A DNA stretch of 62,485 nt, taken from the IMG/VR virus record IMGVR_UViG_3300047157_000104, positions 1 through 62,485 of that record. One strand, 5' to 3'. Shown here in pieces: positions 62,446 through 62,485 of the stretch. The position numbers and the translations under genes were made by a program. Source of the DNA: a virus. Taxonomy: Duplodnaviria > Caudoviricetes. The notes beneath the pieces were generated by a model. That model did no database searches, was not told the origin of the DNA, and worked only from the letters and a program-made list of their open reading frames with translations. Positions within the stretch are counted from its first letter, which is position 1; each line of letters starts with the position of its first letter.

Positions 62446-62485
62446 TTTTTTAAATAGTCTACGTATATAGTAAGATCACTTAAAA

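Noticed and set aside
1-62485. Stop-codon reassignment as in some crAss-like phages
   Set aside because: Long genes are intact under the standard code, TAG and TGA end genes at sensible positions, and no suppressor tRNA is seen

Overview
AT-rich fragment, probably most of the genome, of a lytic podovirus-like dsDNA phage. Gene content resembles crAss-like/marine Flavobacteriia phages, and A/T-rich starts without Shine-Dalgarno sites point to a Bacteroidetes host (inference). 1-41.25 kb (- strand) is a late/virion block: GroEL/GroES, basic SP-motif proteins, holin, tail fibres, terminase, portal, scaffold, capsid, tail ring/stabilisation proteins and ejection proteins, including a giant zincin+HAD protein that runs off the left end. 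41.5-60.3 kb (+) holds early small ORFs, then nucleotide metabolism and replication genes, with no DNA polymerase visible. 60.3-62.5 kb (-) holds lysis and small basic proteins. Several late genes carry frameshifts that look like sequencing errors. Main unexplained signals: (1) 11 copies of a fixed-spacing motif TTACAA-N4-AATACGA-N9-GATAATA; (2) two inverted 45-bp palindromic sites bracketing the early region, one overlapping the start codon of an HTH gene; (3) a 177-nt tmRNA/tRNA-Ala-like RNA and a 45-nt tRNA minihelix; (4) a thymidylate synthase homologue with the dCMP-specific Asp, next to MazG-like genes; (5) a shared SP[LFA]K peptide motif across late proteins.
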